A DNA stretch of 64,000 bases from Candidatus Latescibacterota bacterium (GCA_965208835.1 OZ242358.1:3040001-3104000), one strand, 5' to 3'. Shown: positions 46,999 to 57,705, numbered from the stretch's first letter. Translations and numbers: made by a program. The notes: generated from the sequence alone by a model not told the origin.

Positions 46999-48183
46999 AT
47001 GGTCCATCGTGAACTCACAGACAGACTGGTCGCGTTATTCAAGCAGTATCCCTTTGTTACCGTGACCGGACCGCGGCAGTCCGGCAAGACGACCCTCTGC
47101 CGCGCCGCGTTTCCCCATCTCAAATATATAAACCTGGAGGCGCCCGATCAGCGCCTCTTCGCCGAGACCGACCCTCGCGGATTTCTCTCGCAGCACGGCG
47201 ATGGCGTCATCCTGGATGAAATTCAGCGGGTCCCGCAACTCCTTTCCTACCTTCAGGTCCTGGCCGATGAAAATGGCGGGAACAGTCTCTACGTCCTCAC
47301 GGGCAGTGAGCAGTTCAGGCTCTCAGATTCAATCAGCCAGTCCCTGGCGGGACGTACGGCACTGTTGTGCCTTCTGCCATTCACCCTTGACGAACGGCGA
47401 CGCGCGGACGCAAGCGACAGGGTGGATGATATCCTGTACTCCGGATTTTATCCTCGAATCCACGATCAGAAGCTGGAGCCACGGCAGGCGCTGGGAGATT
47501 ATTTCGAAACCTACGTCGAGCGAGACGTCCGCCGCCTCGGCGAGATCCGCAACCTCACCGGTTTTCGTCGATTCGCGCGGCTGTGCGCAGGGCGCGTGGG
47601 GCAGCTGTTGAATGTTTCCTCGTTAGGCGCCGACACGGGCGTTTCCCATACCACGGCCCGGGAGTGGCTGTCAATCCTGGAAGCCAGTTATGTCGTCTTT
47701 CAACTCCCGCCTTTCTACGCCAATATTCGTAAGCGTCTGATCAAATCGCCCAAACTCTACTTTTACGACGTCGGATTGGCAAGTTATCTGATTGGAATCG
47801 AACACGCAGGTCAGATTGCAACCCACCCGCTGCGTGGCGCGCTGTTCGAGAATGCCGTTGTCGCAGAGGCAACAAAGTACCTGTTCAATCGCGGACGCCG
47901 GTCCAATCTGTCCTTTTTCCGCGATATACGCGGCCTCGAGTGCGACCTTTTCTATGAAATGGGAAATCGGATTGGCGCCGTCGAGATCAAGTCCGGCGCC
48001 ACCGTGGCATCCGACTACTTCGATGCACTGAACCGGGTCGCCAGGCTCCTGCCGCAGGTCGCGGAAAGGGGCCTGGTCTACGGGGGTAGTCTTCCGCAGA
48101 CACGGGGCGACGTGGACGTGGTGACACTGGACGACACCAGTGACTTGCTCCGGCGGTTCGACGACGGAGAAAAAAACTCCTAA
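46999..48183 (+). CDS. AAA+ ATPase (AAA_14) with DUF4143; paralogue of 4856-6079
   Basis: GPRQSGKTT, ILDEIQR, LTGS, SLAGR, TYVERD, KSPKLYFYDVG, ECD...VEIK. Confidence 0.9.
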   Translation: MVHRELTDRLVALFKQYPFVTVTGPRQSGKTTLCRAAFPHLKYINLEAPDQRLFAETDPRGFLSQHGDGVILDEIQRVPQLLSYLQVLADENGGNSLYVLTGSEQFRLSDSISQSLAGRTALLCLLPFTLDERRRADASDRVDDILYSGFYPRIHDQKLEPRQALGDYFETYVERDVRRLGEIRNLTGFRRFARLCAGRVGQLLNVSSLGADTGVSHTTAREWLSILEASYVVFQLPPFYANIRKRLIKSPKLYFYDVGLASYLIGIEHAGQIATHPLRGALFENAVVAEATKYLFNRGRRSNLSFFRDIRGLECDLFYEMGNRIGAVEIKSGATVASDYFDALNRVARLLPQVAERGLVYGGSLPQTRGDVDVVTLDDTSDLLRRFDDGEKNS

Positions 48184-48209
48184 ATAACTTAATAACCGGA
48201 ATTTAAACT

Positions 48210-49199
48210 ATGGATTCGATTCGTCTGGGTCTGGTCGGATCGGGCGGCATGGCGCAGAGCCGCGCGCGTACATTCGCGTCGATGCAGGGCTGCAGGCTGA
48301 CCGCACTGGCAGCCAGGAACCCGCGCACGGGCGCGGAACTGGCCCGTGAGCACAATCTGCCGTTGCTGGACAGCTGGAAGGCGCTGATCGACCGGTCCGA
48401 CGTTGACGGGCTTGTGGTCTGTACCAACAACGACAGCCACGGCCCCATCGCGCGGGCCTCCCTTGAGGCCGGCAAGCCCGTCTTCCTGGAATATCCTGTG
48501 GCGCGGCACGTCGACGAGGGGGCCGCCCTGGTCGACCTGGCGCGCTCGACCGGCACTGTGCTGCGCGTGGCCCATCCCGAGGTCGTGTCCGGCGCCCATC
48601 GGCAACTCAAGGAGACCGTGGGATCGCTGGGCGAACTTCTGCTGGCGCTGTTCGTGCGGCTGACGCCGGGTAAAGGGGCGCGGCCGGAGGTACTGTTCAA
48701 TATTCCCACGTCGGGGCCGCCGAGTCTCTTCTTCGTCTATCAGGTCTACCCTCTGGTGGACCTCTTCGGCCCGGCGTCCTGGGTGGAAGGGTACGCCCAC
48801 TATGACGGAATGGACAACGCCGGAACGTACGAACGCTTCGTCAACCGGGTCGCCGTGGGCTTCACGGGAGGAGGGACGGCCGAATGGACCTGGGCGGGCG
48901 GGATTTCAATCGGAAACGCCGAACAGGTTCAGCGGTTCGTGCTGGAGGAAGGAACGCTGGTCCAAAACGACGGGGGCTGGCGGCTCTCGTCCGCCGACGG
49001 CAAAGAGCAATCGCTGCCGCCCGCGGAACAGGGGACGTCTCTGGAGAGCCTCTTCCTTGAGGAAGTGCGCGGTAGAAGGGTTGATTGGCGATCGGACCTG
49101 GATACGGCCCTCGAAGCCGTTCGCATCGGGCTGGGCGCCGAGGAAGCGGCGAACCGCGGCGGCCGTGTAATTCTCGGGGATGGCGGGACTGACGGATGA
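48210..49199 (+). CDS. Gfo/Idh/MocA family oxidoreductase
   Basis: GLVGSGGMA Rossmann fold, DVD.LVVCT.N..H, AGK.V.LEYP. Confidence 0.88.
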   Translation: MDSIRLGLVGSGGMAQSRARTFASMQGCRLTALAARNPRTGAELAREHNLPLLDSWKALIDRSDVDGLVVCTNNDSHGPIARASLEAGKPVFLEYPVARHVDEGAALVDLARSTGTVLRVAHPEVVSGAHRQLKETVGSLGELLLALFVRLTPGKGARPEVLFNIPTSGPPSLFFVYQVYPLVDLFGPASWVEGYAHYDGMDNAGTYERFVNRVAVGFTGGGTAEWTWAGGISIGNAEQVQRFVLEEGTLVQNDGGWRLSSADGKEQSLPPAEQGTSLESLFLEEVRGRRVDWRSDLDTALEAVRIGLGAEEAANRGGRVILGDGGTDG

Positions 49200-49233
49200 G
49201 AATGCGATCTAGAAAAAAACCGCCTGCTCAGTC

Positions 49234-49980
49234 CTAGCGCGGCCCGAAGGCGGCCATGTAGAGGCGGGTCCGCTCGTTGAGTACGCCGTAAAACGCGCGC
49301 GTCTCCGGATCGGGATCGTCCCGCCAGAACACCGCCGGAATTCCGGAATCGTTGGCCAGCGGGGACCGATGGCGGTGCCCGTAGTAGATCTGCGCGGTTT
49401 TTCGCCGGGCCTGCGTGGGGCGCGTGGTCGCCGTGTGCAGAACCGCAACGTTGAAAAGGGCGCACGTGCCGGCGGGGCCGTGGAGATCAAACACGCCGCC
49501 CCGCTCCAGCTGCGCGGCCGGATCTTCCAGGACGGCGTCGTCGACCGACTCGGGCGAGAGGGAAAAGCAATGCGTTCCCTCGTCCACGTCGGTCAAATAG
49601 ACCATCAACTGAATGTAGTCCATGTGCAGGGGGTGTTCGCGCCAGTGGGGCCTGTCGCGGTGCCATCCCCGGTGGACGTCGCCCGAATAGGGACCCATGC
49701 CGCGCAGGCCGATCTCGCCGAAGCAGACGGGACCGCCCATCAGTTCCTCGATTGGCGGCAGTATTCGCGGGTGACGGACCAGCCTGTCGAAATCAGGCAT
49801 GGTGACCAATGCGTTGTAATTGGCTTCCTGGTGGTATCCGTATGGATGCCAGAAGTAGGGATGTCGGCGGCGGTCCTCGTCAAACATGCCCCGGAAGCGG
49901 CGAACCTCGTCGGGACTCAGGAAAACGCCGAGGTTCAGGTAGCCGTTCCGTGCGAAAAATTCGCGATCGGTGTGTTTCAT
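49234..49980 (-). CDS. Phytanoyl-CoA dioxygenase (PhyH) family Fe(II)/2OG oxygenase
   Basis: FF..NGY, WHRD, YLTDV, GPAG...LF....LH, R. Confidence 0.88.
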   Translation of the reverse strand: MKHTDREFFARNGYLNLGVFLSPDEVRRFRGMFDEDRRRHPYFWHPYGYHQEANYNALVTMPDFDRLVRHPRILPPIEELMGGPVCFGEIGLRGMGPYSGDVHRGWHRDRPHWREHPLHMDYIQLMVYLTDVDEGTHCFSLSPESVDDAVLEDPAAQLERGGVFDLHGPAGTCALFNVAVLHTATTRPTQARRKTAQIYYGHRHRSPLANDSGIPAVFWRDDPDPETRAFYGVLNERTRLYMAAFGPR

Positions 49981-50179
49981 TGTCACAGATCCCATGGAAA
50001 TATGGCGGGCGCCATGCAAACCGTGGTTTGAAGATGCACAATTAACCGGCGCGAAATGCTCAGTTTTCGCGCATCGAAAATATACCCGGCCCGGTTACGG
50101 CTGCCAAGTACCTTCGGCGGTACCCTCCAGACCGGGCCCGACGATCTGAAGCGTCATGTCAACGAAGCGGAGACTCATA

Positions 50180-52921
50180 ATGAACATGCACAGAAATGCA
50201 TTACTCATCTGGCGGAGAATTGGAAGAGGTGTGGGGCTCGCATTGGTTGTCGTTGTGGTCGCCCTTGCGTCCTCTTCAGGCCGGGCTGACGCCGACACAT
50301 TCTCGTTCGCCCTGATCGGTGACGTGCCGTACGCCGATGCCGACAGTATCCGGTTCGCAAGGTTGACCGACATGATCAACGCGGACGACGACGTACAATG
50401 GGTCATCCACGCGGGCGACATCAAACGTGGCGGACAACCGTGCACGGATGCGGTTCTGGAAGGTCGTCTGGAAAGGTTCAATCGCTTCGATGACCCGTTC
50501 ATCCTTACCCCGGGCGACAACGAATGGACGGACTGTCACCGCAAGGTCGCCGGCCGCTTCGATCCGCTGGAACGCCTGCGGAAACTGCGGTCCCTGTTCT
50601 ATCCCCGTGCCGGGATGACGCTCGGCAAGCGGACGATGCGGGTTGAATCCCAGGCGTCGCTGCCCGAATACAGCGAGTTTGTCGAGAATATCCGCTGGGA
50701 ACGGGCCGGTGTTCACTTCGCAACCATCCACATTGTGGGGAGCAGAAACGGGTTACGAGGGTTTCAACGCCGGGATTCGACCGAGGTTGGCGTGGTCCCG
50801 GTGAGGACGGAACGGCACGACGCGGAGGTCGAACGGCGCACCCATGCGGGGATCGCATGGCTTCGTCGTGCTTTTTCGGAGGCGTCCGGGTCCGGCAAGG
50901 CGCTGTTTCTGACGCTGCACGCGTCGATGGGCCTGGAGCGAAGACCTGCGCCGGACCCGCCTCACTACCAGGCGATCCTCGACGTGTTGCGTGAGGAAAC
51001 GGAACGATTCGGAAGGCCGGTCGTCCTTGCGCATGGAGACTCGCACTATTTCCGGATCGATAAGCCGCTTCGGCGCAAGGGTGGCGGCAGGCGCTTCGCG
51101 AATTTCACCCGCGTGGAGACGTTCGGCGCGTCGGACGTGCACTGGATCGAGGTCGCGGTGGCCCCTGCCAGCGAGAACGTATTCAGCTTCGAGCAGAGAA
51201 TTGTGAAGGAGGACCGGACGAACGGAAGTCGACGCAAACCTACGGAAAGGACCGGGATGAACATCGAAAAATCCGGCGATTCGGGACGAACGCCGCAAGA
51301 CGTCATCGAGGCCATGCACCGGCCGTCCTGGTGCATCGAAACACAAGAGGGACGCCTCTACTGGGAACTGATCAGCGCCGCGATCCGGAATGATGCCGGT
51401 GCCCTGCGCAAACATCTGAGCACGGATCCGGACTGCGCCAGACTGCAGTTCTGGTACACCCCGCCGATCCACTTCGCGGTTCGGGAGGGCAGTCTGGACG
51501 CCACGAGAGTGCTATGGGAAGCCTATGCGCACGACGAGGTGAGCGATCTGATTGCCATGGCCGAAGACCGCGGACATGCGTCGATCGCAGATCACCTCCG
51601 GACCGCCTCCGGGCCCGTTTCGGACGCACCTGACCCTCGACTGCACCAGGCGGTGGAAGCCGGGGACCACGCGGAGATCCAACGCCTGCTTGAAAACACG
51701 GATGGGATCGAATTGCAACGGGACGCGGACGGCAGGACCGCGCTCCATCTCGCCGTTATCGCGAACGACCGCACGGCGGTAAAGGCGCTCCTCGACAGCG
51801 ACATCGAAGTGGATGCCGCCGACCACTCCGGATTCCGCGCAATCCACTACTCGTACTGGAAGGACCTGATGTGGCACAGGACGAAAGCGAGTCCTGATCT
51901 GGCGGGACTTCTGCTGGACGCAGGCGTCCGCGACACCCCAACGCTGGCTGCCGCGAGGGGAGACCTGGATGCCGTCAGGGCGTTTGTCGGCGCCGACCCG
52001 TCGGCCGTGAACGACGGCGAGAATCTTCAGAAACGCCCGCTGTCGGCCGCGGTGGAACGCGGCCACCGTGACATTGTCCGCTTTCTGCTGGATAACGGGG
52101 CGGACCCCAGTCTGCCGGAGAGCCGGCTGTGCCCCTACGGGGCATCGCTGATGACCGCGACCGTGCAGGAAGACCTCGAAGTCGCCAGATGGCTTCTTGA
52201 AGCCGGCGCCGATCCGAACGGACACGTGGACTCCTCCGGGTCCCCCGCGATCCGCGCCCACTCTGACGCCATGCGGGGCCTGCTCTACGGCTACGGCGGG
52301 CGCGCATCCGGAGCGTGGGGCTACGTACAGCGGGGCGAGTTCGAAACGGTGGCCGCGATCCTCCGCTACACCGACGATCCGTTTTCCAACGAGGAGAGCG
52401 AGTACCTGACCACGCCCTACACCGCCGCGATCAGCGGCTGCGGGCGCATGGAGGACAAAGGAGAATCAACCGATGCCCACGAGGCGATGTTCGAGATGTT
52501 CCTGCAGCGCAAACACCCGATGCCCCGTGTGCTGACGGCCTGCAAGACCTATCTCTACCACGTCCCGCGGATGACGCGCCGGCTCCTCGAACACGGCCTG
52601 GACCCGAACCTGCCCGACTGGCAGCGGCGAACCCCGCTGCACGACCTCTGCCGCCCCAACCGGGCCGTGTCCGATGCCGCCATGATGGTAAGTATGTTCA
52701 TCGAATTCGGCGCTGACGTCAACGCGATCGATGAGGAGGACCGCTCGACACCCATTGGGATCGCCGCACGCGAAGGTAACGCGGAACTGGTGGAGCTTCT
52801 ACTGGATAGCGGCGCCGATCCCAACGCCGCGGGCGCCGAATGGGCGACGCCCCTCGCCTGGGCAAATCGACGCGGTCATGAGGATATCGCAAAGTTACTG
52901 CGAAACCGGGGCGCCCTGTAG
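50180..52921 (+). CDS. Single ORF joining a secreted calcineurin-like metallophosphoesterase (to ~51230) and an ankyrin repeat protein (internal ATG 51257)
   Basis: N-terminus: signal peptide, GDVPY, IHAGDIK, TPGDNEWTDC, LAHGDSH, NFTRVETFG. C-terminus: ankyrin repeats (AVREG, GRTALHLAV, AVERGHRDIVRFLLDNGADP, TPLAWA). Confidence 0.8.
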   Translation: MNMHRNALLIWRRIGRGVGLALVVVVVALASSSGRADADTFSFALIGDVPYADADSIRFARLTDMINADDDVQWVIHAGDIKRGGQPCTDAVLEGRLERFNRFDDPFILTPGDNEWTDCHRKVAGRFDPLERLRKLRSLFYPRAGMTLGKRTMRVESQASLPEYSEFVENIRWERAGVHFATIHIVGSRNGLRGFQRRDSTEVGVVPVRTERHDAEVERRTHAGIAWLRRAFSEASGSGKALFLTLHASMGLERRPAPDPPHYQAILDVLREETERFGRPVVLAHGDSHYFRIDKPLRRKGGGRRFANFTRVETFGASDVHWIEVAVAPASENVFSFEQRIVKEDRTNGSRRKPTERTGMNIEKSGDSGRTPQDVIEAMHRPSWCIETQEGRLYWELISAAIRNDAGALRKHLSTDPDCARLQFWYTPPIHFAVREGSLDATRVLWEAYAHDEVSDLIAMAEDRGHASIADHLRTASGPVSDAPDPRLHQAVEAGDHAEIQRLLENTDGIELQRDADGRTALHLAVIANDRTAVKALLDSDIEVDAADHSGFRAIHYSYWKDLMWHRTKASPDLAGLLLDAGVRDTPTLAAARGDLDAVRAFVGADPSAVNDGENLQKRPLSAAVERGHRDIVRFLLDNGADPSLPESRLCPYGASLMTATVQEDLEVARWLLEAGADPNGHVDSSGSPAIRAHSDAMRGLLYGYGGRASGAWGYVQRGEFETVAAILRYTDDPFSNEESEYLTTPYTAAISGCGRMEDKGESTDAHEAMFEMFLQRKHPMPRVLTACKTYLYHVPRMTRRLLEHGLDPNLPDWQRRTPLHDLCRPNRAVSDAAMMVSMFIEFGADVNAIDEEDRSTPIGIAAREGNAELVELLLDSGADPNAAGAEWATPLAWANRRGHEDIAKLLRNRGAL

Positions 52922-52956
52922 CCTCACGCTTCGTCGCCGACGGGAGTGTAGTACAG

Positions 52957-53523
52957 ATGTCACGCGAAGAGAAAGCACATCCCCGATTTCTCGCGCTCCT
53001 GCGCGGGGTGAACGTGGGCGGGAAGAATATCGTTCCCAAAGACGCGCTCCGCGGCTGCTTCGAGGACATGGGATTCTCCAGCGTCCGCACATACATCCAG
53101 AGCGGCAACATCCTGTTTCGGTCGACCGATTCCGATGTACTGGCGCTCGCGGACGAAGTCGAACGCGCACTCTCGGTGCGTTTTTCGTATAACGCGCGCG
53201 CCGTCGTCCTGTCCCGAAAGTCATTCCGAACCGCGGTTGACGCGGCGCCCGAGGATTGGGGACAAGACGACGAGCGGATGCACCACGCGCTCTTTACGCT
53301 GGCCGGAGCCCGACCGGAGGACATCCTTGCCCGGCTCCCATCGCCACGGCTGGAGTGGGAGACCGTTACGCCAGGGCCCGACGTGATCTACTGGTCGGTA
53401 TCCAGGGCACGACCGACCCGGTCCACGTGGGTGAAGCTGCCGGGATCACCGGAGTATCAGAAGCTAACCGCCCGAAATCACAACACGGTATTCAGACTGA
53501 GACAGCTGTTCGAGGAGATATAG
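52957..53523 (+). CDS. DUF1697 domain protein
   Basis: ALLRGVNVGG.N.V....LR.....GF..VRTYIQSGN..F and T.RN.NT. Confidence 0.9.
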   Translation: MSREEKAHPRFLALLRGVNVGGKNIVPKDALRGCFEDMGFSSVRTYIQSGNILFRSTDSDVLALADEVERALSVRFSYNARAVVLSRKSFRTAVDAAPEDWGQDDERMHHALFTLAGARPEDILARLPSPRLEWETVTPGPDVIYWSVSRARPTRSTWVKLPGSPEYQKLTARNHNTVFRLRQLFEEI

Positions 53524-53526
53524 CGA

Positions 53527-53856
53527 ATGGCAGGCGACGAGGAACTCATCAGTCGGATACGGACGATCCTGATTGACGAGGACGGATTCTCCGAGAAGAG
53601 GATGTTCGGAGGGGTCTGCTTCATGATCGGCGGCAACATGTGCGCAGGCACGTGGAAGGGGTCCCTGATTGTCCGTCTCGACAGGGCACACCACGAACGG
53701 ACGCTTGCCGAGCCGCACACGCGGCCGTTCGACATTACGGGCCGCGTCATGAAGGGATGGGCGATGGTGGAGCCGGCCGCAATCGAATTGGACGAAGACC
53801 TTACCGATTGGGTGTACAGAGCGGTCGATTACGTCCGTTCGCTTCCACCCAAATGA
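53527..53856 (+). CDS. TfoX/Sxy N-terminal domain protein
   Basis: EKRMFGG.CFMI.GNM..G, L.VR, GR.MKGW, RSLPPK. Confidence 0.88.
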   Translation: MAGDEELISRIRTILIDEDGFSEKRMFGGVCFMIGGNMCAGTWKGSLIVRLDRAHHERTLAEPHTRPFDITGRVMKGWAMVEPAAIELDEDLTDWVYRAVDYVRSLPPK

Positions 53857-53897
53857 CTGAGAGAGGCTTCAACCAAAATTGCGGAAGGGTTGATACC

Positions 53898-54215
53898 CTA
53901 TTTCATGGGCGAGAAGGAGGTGGGGATGAGGACGTCGGAAATAACCTCGTCGACAATGGGGCCGTTGGCTTCGGTTCGTTCCCGCGCCGCGATCCATTCC
54001 GGGTCCGCGCGGAACGCATCCCACGCGGTTTCCATCGCCTCTTCGCTTTCAAATTCACAGAGGTAGATCAGCTCATTGACATCTTTGCGCGTCCAGAAAC
54101 CGGAGACTTTGATGCCGTGCCTGTCGAATAGGCCGAACGTAATGTTTTCAAACCGGCTGAGGATGTCCGGCATACGGCCTCCGGGGACTCTGTAAATGCG
54201 GTGTTCGTAGATCAT
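53898..54215 (-). CDS. NIPSNAP family protein
   Basis: MIYE.R.Y...G, F.RHGI...GFW, W.AFRADPEW, L.PT.FSP. Confidence 0.9.
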   Translation of the reverse strand: MIYEHRIYRVPGGRMPDILSRFENITFGLFDRHGIKVSGFWTRKDVNELIYLCEFESEEAMETAWDAFRADPEWIAARERTEANGPIVDEVISDVLIPTSFSPMK

Positions 54216-54428
54216 AGGAACGCTCCCTGGTGTGAAGGATCCTGAATCAAACCTGCCTGGAATGGAACTCTCTGTGACCTGCCATGGTAACAAGAAACCG
54301 GCCGGATTGAAAGGGCCGCCTCCCCCGGCCGATACGGCAAAAGGACACGCGTCAGATTCCTCTTGATGCACTTCTGAAATGGTCTACATTGGGCCGGATT
54401 CGGGCAAAAAACCCGGTCGAGTAGAGCT

Positions 54429-55322
54429 ATGGCGAAGATAGAGCCTCTGGAAAAACTCCATCTGCCACAGGTCCTGGATCTCGCAAACGCGCATCTTGGC
54501 GCGGTTATCCCGGGCTGGGCACTCACTGCCGACTTCTTATGGGAGCGCTTGAAGCGCAATCCAGCCGAGCATGTTACCGATCCCTGGGTTGTCGAGAGAA
54601 ACGCCGTCGTTGGCGTCGTCAACGACCGTGTCTGCGCCGCCGCCCATCTCCTGCGGTACGGTGCAGACACGCGCTGGACGGGAACCGCGGAAGTCGCCTG
54701 GGTGCTGTTCTGGCCGCAGGAGCATCTTGCTGGCGAGGAGGTTTTAAAGGCGTGCATGCGTCAGATGGACACGTGGCGGGCAACGGACCAGCGGGTATCG
54801 GGGCCCTTGCCCGTGCCACCATGCGTGGGCGTGCCCCACGTCTGGCCGCATATCGGCCGCATTCTGGAACAATTCGGCTATGCACGCGGCGCGGAAGTCG
54901 ACGAATCCGTCTACGGCGGCATCCTGCAGGGTATTCCATCTCCGGGCGAAGCCCCCGTAGCGGGCGTGTCGATTCATCGCGATCTGGGGAAATTCCGCAC
55001 GCGATTCGTCGCGCGGTTGGAAGGCCGGGACGTCGCATACGTTGAATGCAATTCAGATCTCACCCTGGGCGGGCAGTTGCCGGCGCTATCCGGATGGGGG
55101 GAACTCTCGGAAGTGGAAACGAGCAAGGCCATGCGAAGCCGGGGCCTCGGTTCGTGGGTGATGCGCCATGCCGTTGAGTGGTTGCGGCTGGCCGGGTGCA
55201 ACCGGGTTGTGTTCAGCGTCGATAGAGATGACGAAAAAGCGGGCGCCGGGAGATTCTACAGACGGTTTGGCTGGACCCCGCTGGTTAGACAGAACCACTG
55301 GACCCGGACCGCCCGGGCATGA
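54429..55322 (+). CDS. GNAT family N-acetyltransferase
   Basis: C-terminal R.RGLG.W.M...V.WL...G, A.RFY.RFGW. Confidence 0.8.
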   Translation: MAKIEPLEKLHLPQVLDLANAHLGAVIPGWALTADFLWERLKRNPAEHVTDPWVVERNAVVGVVNDRVCAAAHLLRYGADTRWTGTAEVAWVLFWPQEHLAGEEVLKACMRQMDTWRATDQRVSGPLPVPPCVGVPHVWPHIGRILEQFGYARGAEVDESVYGGILQGIPSPGEAPVAGVSIHRDLGKFRTRFVARLEGRDVAYVECNSDLTLGGQLPALSGWGELSEVETSKAMRSRGLGSWVMRHAVEWLRLAGCNRVVFSVDRDDEKAGAGRFYRRFGWTPLVRQNHWTRTARA

Positions 55323-55406
55323 CACGAATGCGGTCCCCTCGCCCATCCGGGCGCTCAAGTCATATTCGGTTTCATCCACACATCCTCCTCCGAACAGGAA
55401 GGATCC

Positions 55407-56555
55407 ATGACCACAACAGCCGACGCCTTTGACCTGCTGATCAGGGCCGGGCGTATCTTTTGCGCGGACACCGGCCTGGACGGACCGGGCGCCGTCGCAG
55501 TACAGGGAGACCGCATCGCCGCCTCCGGCGCGGACGTAAGCGGAACCGCGGTCCTGACGCTCGACTACCCGGACGCGCTGCTTCTGCCGGGCCTCGTGGA
55601 CATCCACGCCCACCCGGCAAGGAGCGGTTCCCGGTTCGGCGTCGATCCCGATGCGCACTTTCTTCCTCGCGGGGTCACCACCTGTCTGTCGCAAGGCGAT
55701 GCCGGCGCCCTCAACTGGCCGGCCTATCGTCGGGAGGTCATCCGCGGCTGCCGAACTCGGGTGCGTCTTGCGCTGCATCTGTCCAAAACCGGCGAAACGC
55801 CGCCGGACCACTGTTTCGAGCACGTTGAGAACGCCGACGTCGACCTCTGCGTGGACACGATCGCTGAAGCGGGAGAGGACATCTGGGGCATCGCCTTCAA
55901 CACGGTCCTCGAACATCGCCTCGCGCACGACCCTCGAGAGATCATGCGCCGGGGCGTTGAAGCGGCCGAACGCAGCGGACGGCCCATCCTCTACGGGCCG
56001 CGCTTCAACATCGACTTTCCACTCGAGGAACAGTTGCGGTTCCTGCGCGCGGGGGATCTCTTCACGTACACGTTCAGCCCCCGTCCGGACAACATCATCG
56101 CCGGCGGAAGGGTGCGACGCGCGGTGAGGGATGCCCGCGACCGGGGCATCCTGTTCGACGGCTGCCACGGGATGCAGTCCTTCAGCTTCCCTCACGCGGA
56201 GCAGGCCATCGCGGAGGGATTCTACCCAGATACGATTTCCACCGACCAGTACATTGCCCACGTGGGCGCCGACCCGCCCCACCACCTGCCCGGAACGATG
56301 TCCAAGTACATCGCCGCCGGCATGCCCGAAGCGGAAGTATTCCCGCGGGCGACCGCCAGGCCTGCCGAATTACTGGGGCTGAAGGGTGAAGCCGGCACGC
56401 TGGCCCCCGGCGCGTGCGCCGATATCGCGGTGTTGCGGTGGAACCCCGATGGACGTCTGGCCGACGTACTCGGCGTTGAACGGCACGGCGGATCCTGGGA
56501 ACCGCTGGCCACCGTGAAATCCGGTGAACTTGTGGATCAGGACTGTCCGAATTGA
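55407..56555 (+). CDS. Amidohydrolase / dihydroorotase-like deacetylase
   Basis: LPGLVDIHAH, GVTT....GDAG, D.CHG..SFSF, PDTISTD, PA..LG, GTL.PG..ADIAV. Confidence 0.85.
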   Translation: MTTTADAFDLLIRAGRIFCADTGLDGPGAVAVQGDRIAASGADVSGTAVLTLDYPDALLLPGLVDIHAHPARSGSRFGVDPDAHFLPRGVTTCLSQGDAGALNWPAYRREVIRGCRTRVRLALHLSKTGETPPDHCFEHVENADVDLCVDTIAEAGEDIWGIAFNTVLEHRLAHDPREIMRRGVEAAERSGRPILYGPRFNIDFPLEEQLRFLRAGDLFTYTFSPRPDNIIAGGRVRRAVRDARDRGILFDGCHGMQSFSFPHAEQAIAEGFYPDTISTDQYIAHVGADPPHHLPGTMSKYIAAGMPEAEVFPRATARPAELLGLKGEAGTLAPGACADIAVLRWNPDGRLADVLGVERHGGSWEPLATVKSGELVDQDCPN

Positions 56556-56754
56556 TTCGAAATCCGTCACCTGTTATATTAACCCGCGGATGGCGTGATG
56601 CCCACGGCAAACGAAATTGCGGCACATCGTACCCGGATGCCCGCGCTTTTTGCAGGCGCCAGGTCCGGAGACCGTCTGCGCCAACCGGCAGGAGACGATA
56701 TGCGCGGTCCACAATTCCCGCTCGCCAAACCCTATCGATTCGAGGAGAACCGCT

Positions 56755-57705
56755 GTGAGTCAGGAAGTGATCATGGTTGCTGGTTTTTTGCTTGGCGCCT
56801 ATTCTATCGTTGGAAACGACGCGATTCAGACCCTTGGAACCTTCCTCAGCTCCAACGCCAGACGCCCCTGGTGGGTGCTCTGGATCTTTGCCTGCAGTAT
56901 TCTGGTGGTCGTCCTCGTCTATGGGTGGTGGATGCACGACGACGTCTCCTACGGCAGGCTGGAGAAGATCCCGGTTCCCGAGCATTGGTCCTGGATCTAC
57001 TGTGTCCCTCCGTTCGTCCTGCTCCTTCTGACCCGTTGGGGCATCCCGGTGAGCACCACGTTTCTCACCCTGACGATCTTTGCGCCAAAAGCCCTGCCGG
57101 CCATGCTGGTCAAATCACTCGCAGGTTACGCGACCGCGTTCCTGGCCGCCATTCTGATCTATCGATGGGTCACCAGTGGCTTCGAGTCCCGCTTCCACAA
57201 GACAGAGGGTCCCACGAGCGGCTGGTGGGTCGTGGCGCAATGGTGCTCGACCGGCTTCCTGTGGAGCCAGTGGCTGATACAGGACCTGGCCAATATCTTC
57301 GTTTTCCTTCCTCGCAGCCTCACGGCGGAATGGTTCTTCCTTGCGGTCATCGTCATGCTGGCCCTGCATGCCATTATCTTCTACAACCACGGCGGCGCCA
57401 TTCAGAAGGTGGTACTCACCAAGACCAACACAACCGACATCCGGTCGGCCACCTTTGTCGACCTGATATACGGCATCGTACTGTTGCTGTTCAAAGAGGT
57501 CAGCAAGCTTCCAATGAGCACGACCTGGGTCTTCGTGGGCCTTCTGGCCGGGCGTGAGATCGCGGTGGCGTGGAGTCAGCGGCACCGCAGCCGCAGGGAA
57601 GTGAATCGGCTGGTTGCCTCGGATTTCGTGAAAATCACCGGAGGACTGCTCGTCAGCATCGCCCTCGCCTACCTCCTGCCCGAATTGCAGGCGCTATTCG
57701 GCTGA
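56755..57705 (+). CDS. Integral membrane protein, PiT/PHO4-like (phosphate/sulfate permease-related)
   Basis: GNDAIQTLGTF, GIPVSTTF, QDLANI and PMSTTWVF resemble the duplicated PiT signatures; many TM helices. Confidence 0.65.
   Translation: MSQEVIMVAGFLLGAYSIVGNDAIQTLGTFLSSNARRPWWVLWIFACSILVVVLVYGWWMHDDVSYGRLEKIPVPEHWSWIYCVPPFVLLLLTRWGIPVSTTFLTLTIFAPKALPAMLVKSLAGYATAFLAAILIYRWVTSGFESRFHKTEGPTSGWWVVAQWCSTGFLWSQWLIQDLANIFVFLPRSLTAEWFFLAVIVMLALHAIIFYNHGGAIQKVVLTKTNTTDIRSATFVDLIYGIVLLLFKEVSKLPMSTTWVFVGLLAGREIAVAWSQRHRSRREVNRLVASDFVKITGGLLVSIALAYLLPELQALFG

Noticed and set aside
54216-54400. ATCAAGAG and hairpins upstream of the NIPSNAP gene as a possible SAM-I riboswitch
   Set aside because: The remaining SAM-I elements (kink-turn, GCAACC, GTGC, closing AGAT helix) are not present.
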